Shown: piece after piece, positions 48,142 through 57,759 of the stretch
How the letters are laid out: each line of letters starts with the position of its first letter
Position numbering within the stretch: position 1 is the first letter of the stretch
Assembly (NCBI GenBank): GCA_965205015.1
Contig: OZ242029.1
Location: 4,736,001-4,800,000 of the forward strand
Reading direction: 5' to 3'
Source: Candidatus Poribacteria bacterium
Lineage (GTDB): Bacteria > Poribacteria > WGA-4E > WGA-3G
Length of the DNA: 64,000 bases
The notes under the pieces: model-generated
Seen by the model: only the letters and a program-made list of their open reading frames with translations
What the model was told of the DNA's origin: nothing
Database searches by the model: none
Position numbers and translations under genes: made by a program

Positions 48142-49662
48142 TTACCAATACGTATAGAGAAGGACCTCTCCGACGATCAGTTGCCCAACGAGAAGACCCG
48201 CGACCCAATAGAGGTCCGACATCGGACGCGTTGTGAGGTGTTTAGCGACCGGAATCACGAAAAACGGCACCATGAAAATCCATATCCGCTCGACCTCCAT
48301 CGTAAATAGGGTCGAGAATGTGAAGTAGAGAAGCGTGATGAGGAAACCGATGAGGAACGTGTCCAACCCTTCATCATGGCGGAATATCCAAGGCACCCGC
48401 GTCCCACTGCTCTCCTGTTCAGACGAACGAGTCTTCTGCCGCCACTCCTTCAACGCGACAACGATCTGCCGTAGCCAAACGAGCGTTATCGGTAGCCCCA
48501 CGCCAATGAGGAACGCAAATAGGTTCGCGAAACTCAGGTGGAAATAACGCCCAACGGTTTCATAACCCGTTCCCATGCCCTTTTCATCTTTCTTGATAGC
48601 CGCCCAGAGTGCCTCGATTGGATCGAACCCAGTCAGAATAAAAAGGAACAGATAAAATCCGACGAATCCCGAAGCCGCGGACAGTAAGACCTTCAGATAC
48701 TGTCTGAACTGCTTCCGCTCCAGTAAAGCGACAACACACAAGAATACACCCACAACGACCGTTGAATACGTCATGAACATCCCAAGCGCAAGCGAAATCC
48801 CGGTTAACATGCTATAAGGACGGGGTTCATGCCACACCTGGTCGGGTATCATCTCTTGCGCTCGTGCCTTGTAAAACAGATAAACGCTCAAGATCGGAAA
48901 AACACTGAAGGGACCGTCCATTGACGTGCCAGTGAACATCACAAAGTTGGGGGTAATGAGAAAAAGGAGGAGGGCATACCGACCGACCTTTTCGCCGTAG
49001 AGATGTTCGCCGAGACGATAGATCGGGACGACTGTGATCGCCGTGAAGAGAATCGAGATCAACGATGCCGATACCAGATTGTAACCGAAGATTTTGCTAA
49101 AAAACCATAAAAAAATCACACCCCCCGGGGGATGGGTGCGCGTGTGTCCTGAAAGGGTATCAAACAATTCCGGTGTGCTATAATCCCGCAGAAACCTGCG
49201 GAGTCCGAGTTCGTTAATACGCGGTACATCGCCATAATACTCCAAGGAGGTCCGCGTATATGGCTCCAATAAGGTTAGGACGCGTTCCGTTTTGCCCTCC
49301 CGTTCCAACTCTCGGTAGCCATCGATTTGGGCAACGCTGATATGAATCGCCAGGAAGCAGATAACCGCTATGCCCATTAATCGACGTCCGTCTGCCCCCG
49401 AGAGCAGGTATCTGTGACACAGATACAGAAAACCGATACACACCACAAGGGCAGGCACTATCCACCAACTCACGTCAAAACTCGGTTCCGCATAAAGCGG
49501 TAAAATGTGCCTTTCAAACCGCACCGCACCGAGATTGATAGACAGCTCCCGCATGACGTAATACAGGAATATATGGTAAACCAAAAAAAAGAGTGCGAGC
49601 ACCCCAATCTGGACAGGAATGAATCGAATCGCTTTTCGGATATGTTGCCAAAAATCCTTCAT
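48142..49662 (-). CDS. GT-C fold (ArnT/PMT-like, family 39-like) membrane glycosyltransferase
   Basis: THPPG, multiple TMs, EVERIW. Confidence 0.7.
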   Translation of the reverse strand: MKDFWQHIRKAIRFIPVQIGVLALFFLVYHIFLYYVMRELSINLGAVRFERHILPLYAEPSFDVSWWIVPALVVCIGFLYLCHRYLLSGADGRRLMGIAVICFLAIHISVAQIDGYRELEREGKTERVLTLLEPYTRTSLEYYGDVPRINELGLRRFLRDYSTPELFDTLSGHTRTHPPGGVIFLWFFSKIFGYNLVSASLISILFTAITVVPIYRLGEHLYGEKVGRYALLLFLITPNFVMFTGTSMDGPFSVFPILSVYLFYKARAQEMIPDQVWHEPRPYSMLTGISLALGMFMTYSTVVVGVFLCVVALLERKQFRQYLKVLLSAASGFVGFYLFLFILTGFDPIEALWAAIKKDEKGMGTGYETVGRYFHLSFANLFAFLIGVGLPITLVWLRQIVVALKEWRQKTRSSEQESSGTRVPWIFRHDEGLDTFLIGFLITLLYFTFSTLFTMEVERIWIFMVPFFVIPVAKHLTTRPMSDLYWVAGLLVGQLIVGEVLLYTYW

Positions 49663-49668
49663 TTTTCT

Positions 49669-50793
49669 CTACATAGATTTATCGGTTTGTGATGCCTCTA
49701 ACTGTTGTGCCGCTTCTAACAACGCATTTGCCAAAAATTCCGGGTTCACCTCGTCTTTCCCTCGGAAGGTGCGTACCCGTTCACCGCGAACCTTTAGAAC
49801 CGCAAGTTCCTTGCCCCCCAAGTGGATACCGACCTCAGCGTTGCGTGTCTCACCCGGTCCGTTGACTTCACACCCCATCACAGCGACTGGGATGTTGATA
49901 CCGTGTTTCTCTAAAAGTTCCTCAGCGACAGCCACAATGTTCTCATAATCCGCCGCAGGATCGCCGCGCCCGCAGAACGGGCAGGAAACAACGTCTAACA
50001 TGTCTTCCGCCATACCCAATGCCCGAAGGAGTTCTTTCGCCGTCAAGACCTCCTCAACCGGATCACCGGTAATCGAGATACGGATGGTGTCCCCAATCCC
50101 CTCTAATAGCAACGTGCCGATGCCGAGTGTCGATTTAACATGCGAACGTCGAGGGGTGCCAGCCTCCGTCACACCGAGATGTAACGGGTATGGGACTTTT
50201 GCCGCAAACTGGCGGTTTGCTTCTATCATCCGAAGTGGATCGCTCGACTTCACGGAGATCGCAATGTCCCTGAAATCGTGTTCCTCACAAATATTGACGT
50301 GCCGCATCGCACTCTCTACTAACGCTTCCGCCGTCGGTGAGGGATATTTCTCTAAGAGATCCCGTTCCAGCGACCCCTCATTGACCCCGATACGGATGGG
50401 GATATCCGCCGCTTTCGCCGCAGATAATACCTCCGCAATCCGTTCCTCATTACCGATATTTCCCGGATTGATCCGCACCTTCGCCACCCCCGCGTCTACG
50501 GCGGCGAGTGCGTATCGGTAGTTGAAATGGATATCCGAGACGATCGGGACTGAGGCACGCTTCACAAGTGCACCGAGTGCTTTTGCGTCCGGCGCTTCGG
50601 GCACAGCGACGCGGACAATCTGTGCTCCCGCCTCCGCACACCGTTCCACCTGTGCCAATGTGGCATCGACATCGCGCGTTAAGGTCGTCGTCATCGTCTG
50701 GATCGAGACAGGGCTGCCACCGCCAATCGGGACGTTCCCGACCATAATTTTTCGCGTAGGACGCTTGTTGCTGATTTGTATTAACTCTTTCAT
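49669..50793 (-). CDS. ispG: (E)-4-hydroxy-3-methylbut-2-enyl-diphosphate synthase
   Basis: DIHF, RINPGNIG, IRIGVN.GSL, PLHLGVTEAG, GIGDTIRIS, CPFCGR, GCEVNGPGE. Confidence 0.97.
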   Translation of the reverse strand: MKELIQISNKRPTRKIMVGNVPIGGGSPVSIQTMTTTLTRDVDATLAQVERCAEAGAQIVRVAVPEAPDAKALGALVKRASVPIVSDIHFNYRYALAAVDAGVAKVRINPGNIGNEERIAEVLSAAKAADIPIRIGVNEGSLERDLLEKYPSPTAEALVESAMRHVNICEEHDFRDIAISVKSSDPLRMIEANRQFAAKVPYPLHLGVTEAGTPRRSHVKSTLGIGTLLLEGIGDTIRISITGDPVEEVLTAKELLRALGMAEDMLDVVSCPFCGRGDPAADYENIVAVAEELLEKHGINIPVAVMGCEVNGPGETRNAEVGIHLGGKELAVLKVRGERVRTFRGKDEVNPEFLANALLEAAQQLEASQTDKSM

Positions 50794-50798
50794 ATTTT

Positions 50799-51884
50799 TT
50801 AATGGCTGACAATTCCTAACGCCTTGATGAATTTTTCGTTTTCCTGTTGTGTACCGATCGTTACGCGCACCGCATTCGGATAGCCATAACCGCCAATCGG
50901 GCGCACGATGACACCTTCCTTCAGAAGCGCGTCGGCGATATCCGTCCCTGATTGTTCGAGGTGCAACATGATGAAATTCCCCTCGCTTTCGACATAACGG
51001 AACCCCATGCCGTCAAAAGCGTCAGAAAGAAAGGCTTTACCGACGGCGTTCTGTTCTCGGCTCTTTGTAACGTGGGCGGTATCCTTGAGTGCCGCTCGCG
51101 CCGCCGCTTGTCCGACCAAGCTGCAATTGAAGGGTTGGCGCACCCGATTTAAGGTCTCAACCAAGGGAGGTGACGCGATGCCATATCCGATGCGCAGTCC
51201 AGCAAGTCCGTAAATTTTAGAAAACGTTCGGGTGATGATGAAGTTCCGTCCCTCCAGCACATACGGGAGCGTCTGTGGATAGTCTGAACGCTCAACGTAC
51301 TCATAATAGGCTTCGTCAAAAACGACCAGTACATCGTCTGGTACCTGTTCCATAAACGCCGCTGTCTCGTCCGCTGTGACCATCGTGCCAGTCGGGTTGT
51401 TCGGATTCGCGACGAAGATGACCTTCGTCCTATCGGTAATCACTGCTGCCATGGCAGAGAGGTCGTGTGTATGCGCCACCATCGGCACGACGACGGCTGT
51501 CGCACTGCACAATTTGGTCACAAGACTATAGACGACGAATGCACCCGCTGCATAGATGACCTCATCGCCCGGTGCAACATACGCCTCGGCGACGAGTTGT
51601 AGCACGTCGTTCGAGCCGTTTCCTAAAATCAGATGTTCAGCAGAAACCCCAAGATCCGCTGCGAGATCCGCTTTAAGGTAGTAGGCGTTCCCGTCAGGAT
51701 AGAGATGCACCTGTGTTGCGCTCTCTGAAATCGCCTGCATCGCCAACGGCGAGGGACCCAACGGATTTTCGTTGGATGCCAGTTTGATAATATCAGTAAT
51801 GCCGAGTTCGCGCCGGACCTCATCAATCGGTTTACCACCCTGATACGGCTGAATCGTGTCAATGCTGGGTTTCGGTTTTAACAT
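50799..51884 (-). CDS. hisC: Histidinol-phosphate aminotransferase
   Basis: KLASNENPLGPS, YPD, NPNNPTG, DEAY, RTFSKIYGLAGLRIGY. Start reset to MLKPK. Confidence 0.95.
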   Translation of the reverse strand: MLKPKPSIDTIQPYQGGKPIDEVRRELGITDIIKLASNENPLGPSPLAMQAISESATQVHLYPDGNAYYLKADLAADLGVSAEHLILGNGSNDVLQLVAEAYVAPGDEVIYAAGAFVVYSLVTKLCSATAVVVPMVAHTHDLSAMAAVITDRTKVIFVANPNNPTGTMVTADETAAFMEQVPDDVLVVFDEAYYEYVERSDYPQTLPYVLEGRNFIITRTFSKIYGLAGLRIGYGIASPPLVETLNRVRQPFNCSLVGQAAARAALKDTAHVTKSREQNAVGKAFLSDAFDGMGFRYVESEGNFIMLHLEQSGTDIADALLKEGVIVRPIGGYGYPNAVRVTIGTQQENEKFIKALGIVSH

Positions 51885-52091
51885 AACGTTTCGCTTCTCA
51901 ATTCTCTTATCTCTATGCGTGCAAGCGTGTCCATCGAACACGCCCGAATACAAATCTATTATACCACACCCTCTCTTTTTTGAAAAGTTTTTTATGCGTG
52001 TTCCGCTAACGACTGCTGACGACCGATTGCGAATTGACTTCCAGACAGGAATCTGATACAATGTTTTGCACTTAAGACAACAGGAGAAAAC

Positions 52092-52275
52092 ATGAGACGA
52101 TTTGGAACCCAGGGTCCCGTCAATCCTCACATCGGAAGGTGGCACAGAAGGGTATTATGTGGTGTTTGATTATCGTGAAAATCCGGAACCCCGGGTGGAG
52201 ACGGATACAGTTGACGGTCATACAATCCACAGTTACGTTATTCCAGTCCTTCAAGCCCTCCCATCCCAACCCTAA
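52092..52275 (+). pseudogene. Internally deleted remnant of an AAA-like domain gene
   Basis: AGGAG RBS plus MRRFGTQGPVNP, joined out of frame to ...EGYYVVFDYRENPEPRVETDTVDGHTIHSYVIPVLQALPSQP*. Confidence 0.5.
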
Positions 52276-52523
52276 AGATGCAGCGTTGAAACCAATAACC
52301 AACATCCCCTTGACAAAAAAGCGAATTTCGTTAAAATAAGGAAAACAGGACAGACGCAATTTTGACTGTAGTCCGTTCTGTAAGATGAGATTCTTCGGAA
52401 AACACAGCGTTCTGGTGGCACAAACTAACAGTTTGTGCTACAAAAGAGCAGTTTGCGTAAGTCCCAGAAAATTGTTATTTTACTTCACCATTTGCGCATG
52501 CACAGCATACGAAAGGAAAACTC

Positions 52524-53150
52524 ATGGCACAAACACCTCCAGAATCCGCAGTCATCCTGTTTGACGGCACAGACCTCGGCAATTGGACGAGCTTAGACGG
52601 CAGCGAACCGGGTTGGCAGGTCGAAGGCGACGCAATGCTCGTCGTCCCACGCACCGGCGACGTCATCAGCAAAGAAACCTTCACGGATCATTTCGTTCAT
52701 GTCGAATTTAGATGTCCCGATATGCCCGAAGCAACAGGACAGGCAAAAGGCAACAGCGGTGTCTTCCTCCAAGGCAGATATGAAGTCCAAGTCTTGGATT
52801 CTTACGGCATTGAAGTCCCCGGCATGGGCGATTGCGGCGCAATTTACAACCAGTTCGCACCCCTCGTCAACGCTTGCAAACCACCGCTTGAGTGGCAGAC
52901 CTACGACATCACCTTCCGGGCACCCCGTTTCAACGACGCCGGCGAAATGACTGAGGGTCCACGCATCACCGTCATCCAGAACGGCTTGGTGATTATCAAC
53001 AACGCCCAACTCGCTGGCGGAACTGTCGGAAGTATCGATTCAGAAGCCGCTACACCGGGTCCACTGCGTTTACAGGACCACGGCAACGACGTTCGCTACC
53101 GGAATATCTGGGCAGTCCCCCTCCCACTTGAGGGTTCGGACAAATATTAG
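52524..53150 (+). CDS. DUF1080 (3-keto-disaccharide hydrolase) domain protein
   Basis: LFDGTDL, GNSGVFL, YEVQVLD, WQTYDI, LQDHG..VRYRNIW. Confidence 0.9.
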   Translation: MAQTPPESAVILFDGTDLGNWTSLDGSEPGWQVEGDAMLVVPRTGDVISKETFTDHFVHVEFRCPDMPEATGQAKGNSGVFLQGRYEVQVLDSYGIEVPGMGDCGAIYNQFAPLVNACKPPLEWQTYDITFRAPRFNDAGEMTEGPRITVIQNGLVIINNAQLAGGTVGSIDSEAATPGPLRLQDHGNDVRYRNIWAVPLPLEGSDKY

Positions 53151-53324
53151 CGGAATGGCTGTCGGCTTTCGGCGATCGATAAGACGGTAGCGTTAGACGA
53201 ACACCTCTCTACTGACGGTTTCCGAAACGGTTTTCGTGGAAAACCCGACCTGATGGAAACCGATCACCTCTTTGCTGACCGCCGACTGCTGACTGCTGAC
53301 TACCACCTAACAGAGAGGAATTTT

Positions 53325-54278
53325 ATGGCAACCAATCAAGATCTTCCGACAATCCCGAGGCGACGCCTCGGAAGAACGGAACTCAGCATCCCCGTTGTTC
53401 CGTTCGGCACGCAGGGGTTTGGAAACAACTTCGGTTTCGTCTCAGATGAAGAGGCTGTGGATCTCGTTAAACACTCCGTGTCCATCGGTGTGAACCACTT
53501 CGACTGTGCACGTTGTTATGGGGATTCAATGCGCAAACTCGGTCTGGCGTTGAAGGAGATCCCACGTGAGGATGTCATCATTACCGGACGGCTCTGCTGC
53601 CATTCCGCCGCGAAGTGGGGTGGCTACGGAGAAGGGAGACCCGATTACTCCGCCGAACGCGCAATCGCCGACCTCGAAGACCAACTCGAACTCCTCGGCG
53701 TAGACTACTTCGACGGGATGCTTATCCACGACCCAGGCGAGATCGATCCCACGCTGGAAAAGGGCGGCACCCTTGATGGTTTACTCCAATGTAAAGCGCG
53801 TGGACTCGTCCACTTCCTCGGCTACGGGATGCGTCCGCACGATTTCCATCTCAAAGCGATGGCAACAGGCGATGTGGACCTCATCCTCTGCTTCAACGAC
53901 TACAACCTCGTCCGGCAGAACGCCGCTGACGACATCCTCCCTTACGCCGCTGAACGCGACATCGGGGTCATGAACGGTTGGTCGATCCTGCGCGGTATCC
54001 TCACAGGTGTCGATATCGACGCTGAGATCGCAAGGGGCCGTTGGAAAAAAGAGGGTGATGTTGCAGCAGCGTACCCAATTTGGGAATGGTGCGTTGAAGA
54101 AGGCATAAGTTTGCTTCAACTTGCCCTCCAGTTCTGCCTGAAAGAAGAACGGATTCAGGGCAACAACATCGGAAGTCTGAACGTCGAGCAGCTCGAAGCG
54201 AACGTCAGAGCCGCCAGTACACCGCTCCCCGATGACGTCTGGGAGAAATACGAAGCACGTTTCGGATCAGACAATTAG
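53325..54278 (+). CDS. Aldo/keto reductase
   Basis: RRLGRTEL, FDCARCYG, LGVDYFD..LIHDP, QLALQF. Confidence 0.85.
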   Translation: MATNQDLPTIPRRRLGRTELSIPVVPFGTQGFGNNFGFVSDEEAVDLVKHSVSIGVNHFDCARCYGDSMRKLGLALKEIPREDVIITGRLCCHSAAKWGGYGEGRPDYSAERAIADLEDQLELLGVDYFDGMLIHDPGEIDPTLEKGGTLDGLLQCKARGLVHFLGYGMRPHDFHLKAMATGDVDLILCFNDYNLVRQNAADDILPYAAERDIGVMNGWSILRGILTGVDIDAEIARGRWKKEGDVAAAYPIWEWCVEEGISLLQLALQFCLKEERIQGNNIGSLNVEQLEANVRAASTPLPDDVWEKYEARFGSDN

Positions 54279-54345
54279 AAGCAATTTTTAATCAAAAACG
54301 GCAGGTGCGGTTTCCAACCGCACCATTCTTCACCCTAATTCTTAA

Positions 54346-54374
54346 GTTCGTAGTCGTGCGATTCATCGCACGTT
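54346..54374. repeat. GTAG-REP-like palindrome, copy 1
   Basis: GTTCGTAGTCGTGCGATTCATCGCACGTT, identical to 55644-55672. Confidence 0.8.
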
Positions 54375-54437
54375 TCAGAGCGCATTGTCCCGCAAGTCCA
54401 CACGCGACTTGCGCCATTGCGCTACTACGAACAATAC

Positions 54438-55529
54438 TTACGTTTTACTCTCAATTAATTTTTCCAAAAATTTATGCGTCACACGCGGGAGCGGATACTC
54501 CTTTAGTGCCGTGACCTCAACCCATTTCGCATCCCGCGGACCCTTCAGCACCACCTCACCCGCTTGATACTCACACTGAAATACATCCACAACGACCTTG
54601 AAATGCGTGTAGGCATGCCTGACACGCGTGAGATACCGCATATCGGTGACAGAGAGATTGACGACATCCGCGATGTGTCGGACGCACGCCGCCTCGGCGG
54701 TCTCACCTTTGGCAAGTTGTCCACCCGGAAACTCCCAAAGTCCGCCGAGCAAACCGTCCAGTTGTCGTTGTGTGAGCAGAACTTGGTTGTCCCTATAGAT
54801 AACCCCGACAGCGAGATGGTGCTCCGGGACAGGCTTTGTCTCGCGCCGATACGGAAACTCGTCCTGTCGCGCCGTGTGGAACGCCTCACAAAACGAATTC
54901 ACGGGACACACAAGACAGGTCGGCGATTGCGGACGACACACCGTTGCCCCCAACTCCATCATCGCCTGATTGAAGAATCCGGGGGCATTCACATCTAAAA
55001 GCGCATCCGCTTGCTGCTGAAATAGTTTCGCCGACTTGGCGTCGTTAATCGGTGCCTCCATCAGAAACAGGCGTGCCAGCACGCGTTTGATGTTCCCATC
55101 TACAGCGGCATACGGGGCATTGAAGGCGATGCTCTGCACCGCCGCCGCGCTATAATCCCCGACGCCCGGCAACTTCCGAAAGCTCGCATAATCTTTCGGT
55201 ATCTTCCCGTCGAGTTTATCTACAATGACCTGCGCCGCTTTGTGGAGATTCCGTGCCCTCGCATAATACCCCAAACCTTCCCAAACCTTCAGAACATCCT
55301 GTAGCGGTGCGGCTGCCAAATGCTGCACATCTGGGAACCGTCCGATGAATCGTTCATAGTATGCTACGACCTTCTTGACCTGTGTCTGCTGGAGCATCAC
55401 CTCAGAGACCCAAATCCGGTAGGGATCCTCCGTGTGTCGCCACGGCATATCGCGTTGATAAACCTTGAACCATGCTAACAGTGTATCCCGAAAATCTTGG
55501 TAGTGTTTGTGTAAAGGTTTTTTGTGCAT
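54438..55529 (-). CDS. mutY: A/G-specific adenine glycosylase MutY
   Basis: WVSEVMLQQT, WEGLGYYARARNL, HhH LPGVG, VDGN, C-x6-C-x2-C-x5-C, NUDIX-like C-terminus. Confidence 0.96.
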   Translation of the reverse strand: MHKKPLHKHYQDFRDTLLAWFKVYQRDMPWRHTEDPYRIWVSEVMLQQTQVKKVVAYYERFIGRFPDVQHLAAAPLQDVLKVWEGLGYYARARNLHKAAQVIVDKLDGKIPKDYASFRKLPGVGDYSAAAVQSIAFNAPYAAVDGNIKRVLARLFLMEAPINDAKSAKLFQQQADALLDVNAPGFFNQAMMELGATVCRPQSPTCLVCPVNSFCEAFHTARQDEFPYRRETKPVPEHHLAVGVIYRDNQVLLTQRQLDGLLGGLWEFPGGQLAKGETAEAACVRHIADVVNLSVTDMRYLTRVRHAYTHFKVVVDVFQCEYQAGEVVLKGPRDAKWVEVTALKEYPLPRVTHKFLEKLIESKT

Positions 55530-55643
55530 GTTTGTCTGAATCGCGGATTGTCGCGGATTTTACGGATTTCGCGGATTTTTTGACATCCTGTGTCCCTTAT
55601 ATTTCTTGTAAAGACCACTGTAACCTTATTGCAAGTTGTTTCG

Positions 55644-55672
55644 GTTCGTAGTCGTGCGATTCATCGCACGTT
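55644..55672. repeat. GTAG-REP-like palindrome, copy 2
   Basis: 29-bp identical copy of 54346-54374. Confidence 0.8.
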
Positions 55673-55694
55673 ATGAAGCACAAGACTGTTCAGC

Positions 55695-56462
55695 CTAAAG
55701 GTCAGTGGCGATCCGAAAACCGACGCTATGAATCCCTCGGATGGGTTCATACGCCGCACGGTTCGCACACCTTGCAGCGAACTCTCCACGTGCAATCCAC
55801 GCCCCCCCGCGAATCACCTTCCGGCGTCCTTCACTCGCGCCCAACGGATTCTCCGCTGGTGAGTACTTATACGTCTCCATGTGAAACCAATCGAAACACC
55901 AATCGTAGGCGTTGCCCGCCATATCGTAGCACCCGTAAGGACTCACGCCCGATGGATAACTCCCAACCGGCATCAGTCGCTTATTCCCCGATTCCGATGT
56001 ATTCGCTCGACGCGCATCCCACATATCGCCCCACGGATACTCCCGAGCATCCGTGCCACGCGCCGCCTTCTCCCATTCCGCCTCCGACGGCAAACGATAT
56101 TCCATACCTTCACGTTCACTCAGCCACGTCAAAAAATTCGTCACATCGTGCCAACTCACCCCGACGACAGGAAACTCAGGTGCGTTGAGATGCGCATCGT
56201 TATGGAACAATGGTTGCGGGTATCCTGTCTCCTCGACGAACTGCGCGTATTGTGCATTCGTGACCTGATACGTGCCGATGGCGTAAGCATCCAGCAGAAC
56301 ATTCCGTTGCGGTTCCTCTGGATCCGTCTTCCGCCATTCAGTCGGAATCGTCCCCATTATGAATGCCCCAGCGGGGATATGGATTAAAGGGTACTTGAGT
56401 CTTTCGATGTGCATGATAGGTGGGTAGATCCTCTGAAACAAAAAGTATCGGAAACGCTTCAT
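55695..56462 (-). CDS. Formylglycine-generating enzyme (SUMF1/FGE-sulfatase) family protein
   Basis: VTNAQY, PVVGVSW, RLPSEAEWEKAARG, DMAGN..DW, RGG.W, GFR. Start may be 56414. Confidence 0.92.
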   Translation of the reverse strand: MKRFRYFLFQRIYPPIMHIERLKYPLIHIPAGAFIMGTIPTEWRKTDPEEPQRNVLLDAYAIGTYQVTNAQYAQFVEETGYPQPLFHNDAHLNAPEFPVVGVSWHDVTNFLTWLSEREGMEYRLPSEAEWEKAARGTDAREYPWGDMWDARRANTSESGNKRLMPVGSYPSGVSPYGCYDMAGNAYDWCFDWFHMETYKYSPAENPLGASEGRRKVIRGGAWIARGEFAARCANRAAYEPIRGIHSVGFRIATDL

Positions 56463-56570
56463 TCCAGTATAACATACCCTTACATCTTTCGCAATCCTCC
56501 AATATTATTACATCACTTCCGCAATGACACATAATTTGACAACGCATCATGAATATATTATACTTAAGAT

Positions 56571-56924
56571 ATGCAAATCACCGCCAGAGAAGTCCGAAAC
56601 TATATCACACCAAACGGACGTAATCCGTTCCGAGAATGGTCGACACAACTGCGAGATAAAAAAGCACGAGCGAACATCCAAAGACGCATTGCGCGCCTGC
56701 AGGAGGGAAATTTTGGTGATTTTAGAAGGTTAAATAGCGGTTTATGTGAACTAAGGATCAACTACGGACCAGGATATCGAGTTTATTTTCGTATGTTTGC
56801 CTCTCATATCATTATTCTCCTCTGGGAAGGACAAAAAAGAACGCAGCAGCGAGATATTACGAGAGCTCAAAACTATTGGAACGAAATAAGGAGCAGACAC
56901 AATGAACACAGAAACCCTCCTTAA
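56571..56924 (+). CDS. Type II TA toxin, RelE/HigB-like addiction module killer protein
   Basis: PFREW, RIARL..GNFGD, ELRINYGPGYRVYF, KRTQQRDI..A..YW. Confidence 0.9.
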   Translation: MQITAREVRNYITPNGRNPFREWSTQLRDKKARANIQRRIARLQEGNFGDFRRLNSGLCELRINYGPGYRVYFRMFASHIIILLWEGQKRTQQRDITRAQNYWNEIRSRHNEHRNPP

Positions 56925-57234
56925 GCAAACGACCCGTTTTAGAGATGACCTTCTGAAAGACCTCGCAGACATAGAGTTCGCGATGTACTATTTGGAAGCC
57001 GCCTTATCAGATTATAAAGAAGATGGTAATACAGAAGCACTCTGGACAGCCCTGTATGATGTTGTAGCGGCACAGGGCGGAATTGGAAAACTTGCTGAAA
57101 GAGCAAAGGTGAATCCTAAGCATCTTAACGATATACTCGCCTCTAAACAGGCGCCGCGCTTAGATAATTTGCAAAACATTCTTTCTGGACTCGGATTTCA
57201 GATTCGCTTGGAATTCGCTGAAAGCGAACTGTAA
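56902..57234 (+). CDS. Addiction module antidote protein (HTH antitoxin)
   Basis: Overlaps the toxin. YLEAAL, AL..V..AQGGI..LAE, PRLD....IL..LG. Confidence 0.85.
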   Translation: MNTETLLKQTTRFRDDLLKDLADIEFAMYYLEAALSDYKEDGNTEALWTALYDVVAAQGGIGKLAERAKVNPKHLNDILASKQAPRLDNLQNILSGLGFQIRLEFAESEL

Positions 57235-57286
57235 TACCCATAGCTTACATCCGATTGCTCGTTCCCGGATGAGCTTCGCCCTAAAC

Positions 57287-57688
57287 ATGAAGAAGGATAA
57301 AACAATCACACACGATGAACTCCGTCCAGAGTATGATTTGAGAAAGTTGCGAGTGCGGAAGTTTGGTCCTGCGCGTAAGCAGTTCGGTAACTTTATCAAG
57401 TTAGAACCTGATGTCGCTGCGGTGTTCCCTGACGATGTTGCTGTTAACGAGGCACTGCGATGTCTGATCCAAGAAGCCGAAGAAAACAGAAATACGTACT
57501 CTCGCCGCTTACCAATGAAGATTTTAGACACCGTCCCTAAGGATATTGATAATTCTATTGTCAAGTTAGAACCTGATGTTGTCAAGGCATTTCCAGACGC
57601 TGCGTCCGTGAACAAGGCACTGCGATGTTTGATCCAAGACTCCAATGAAAACGGCACAGTATTACCTCACACCGACCATGATGCTTAA
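57287..57688 (+). CDS. BrnA-like antitoxin-type protein with duplicated domain
   Basis: DELRPEYDL, then KLEPDVAAVFPD..AVNEALRCLIQ and KLEPDVVKAFPD..SVNKALRCLIQ. Confidence 0.65.
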   Translation: MKKDKTITHDELRPEYDLRKLRVRKFGPARKQFGNFIKLEPDVAAVFPDDVAVNEALRCLIQEAEENRNTYSRRLPMKILDTVPKDIDNSIVKLEPDVVKAFPDAASVNKALRCLIQDSNENGTVLPHTDHDA

Positions 57689-57759
57689 CGGACAAAACAA
57701 TCATGAGAAGCAATAACCTTCATCCAAATTGCCTTCTCCAGCCTCAAAACTAAGGGAAC

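Noticed and set aside
51885-52145. 87-aa N-terminal extension of hisC in the ORF track
   Set aside because: HisC homology starts at MLKPK. The extension crosses a divergent promoter region.
55536-55580. Short CGGATT repeats upstream of mutY (and GGAAG repeats at 41990-42055)
   Set aside because: Low-complexity intergenic repeats with no spacer structure or assignable function.
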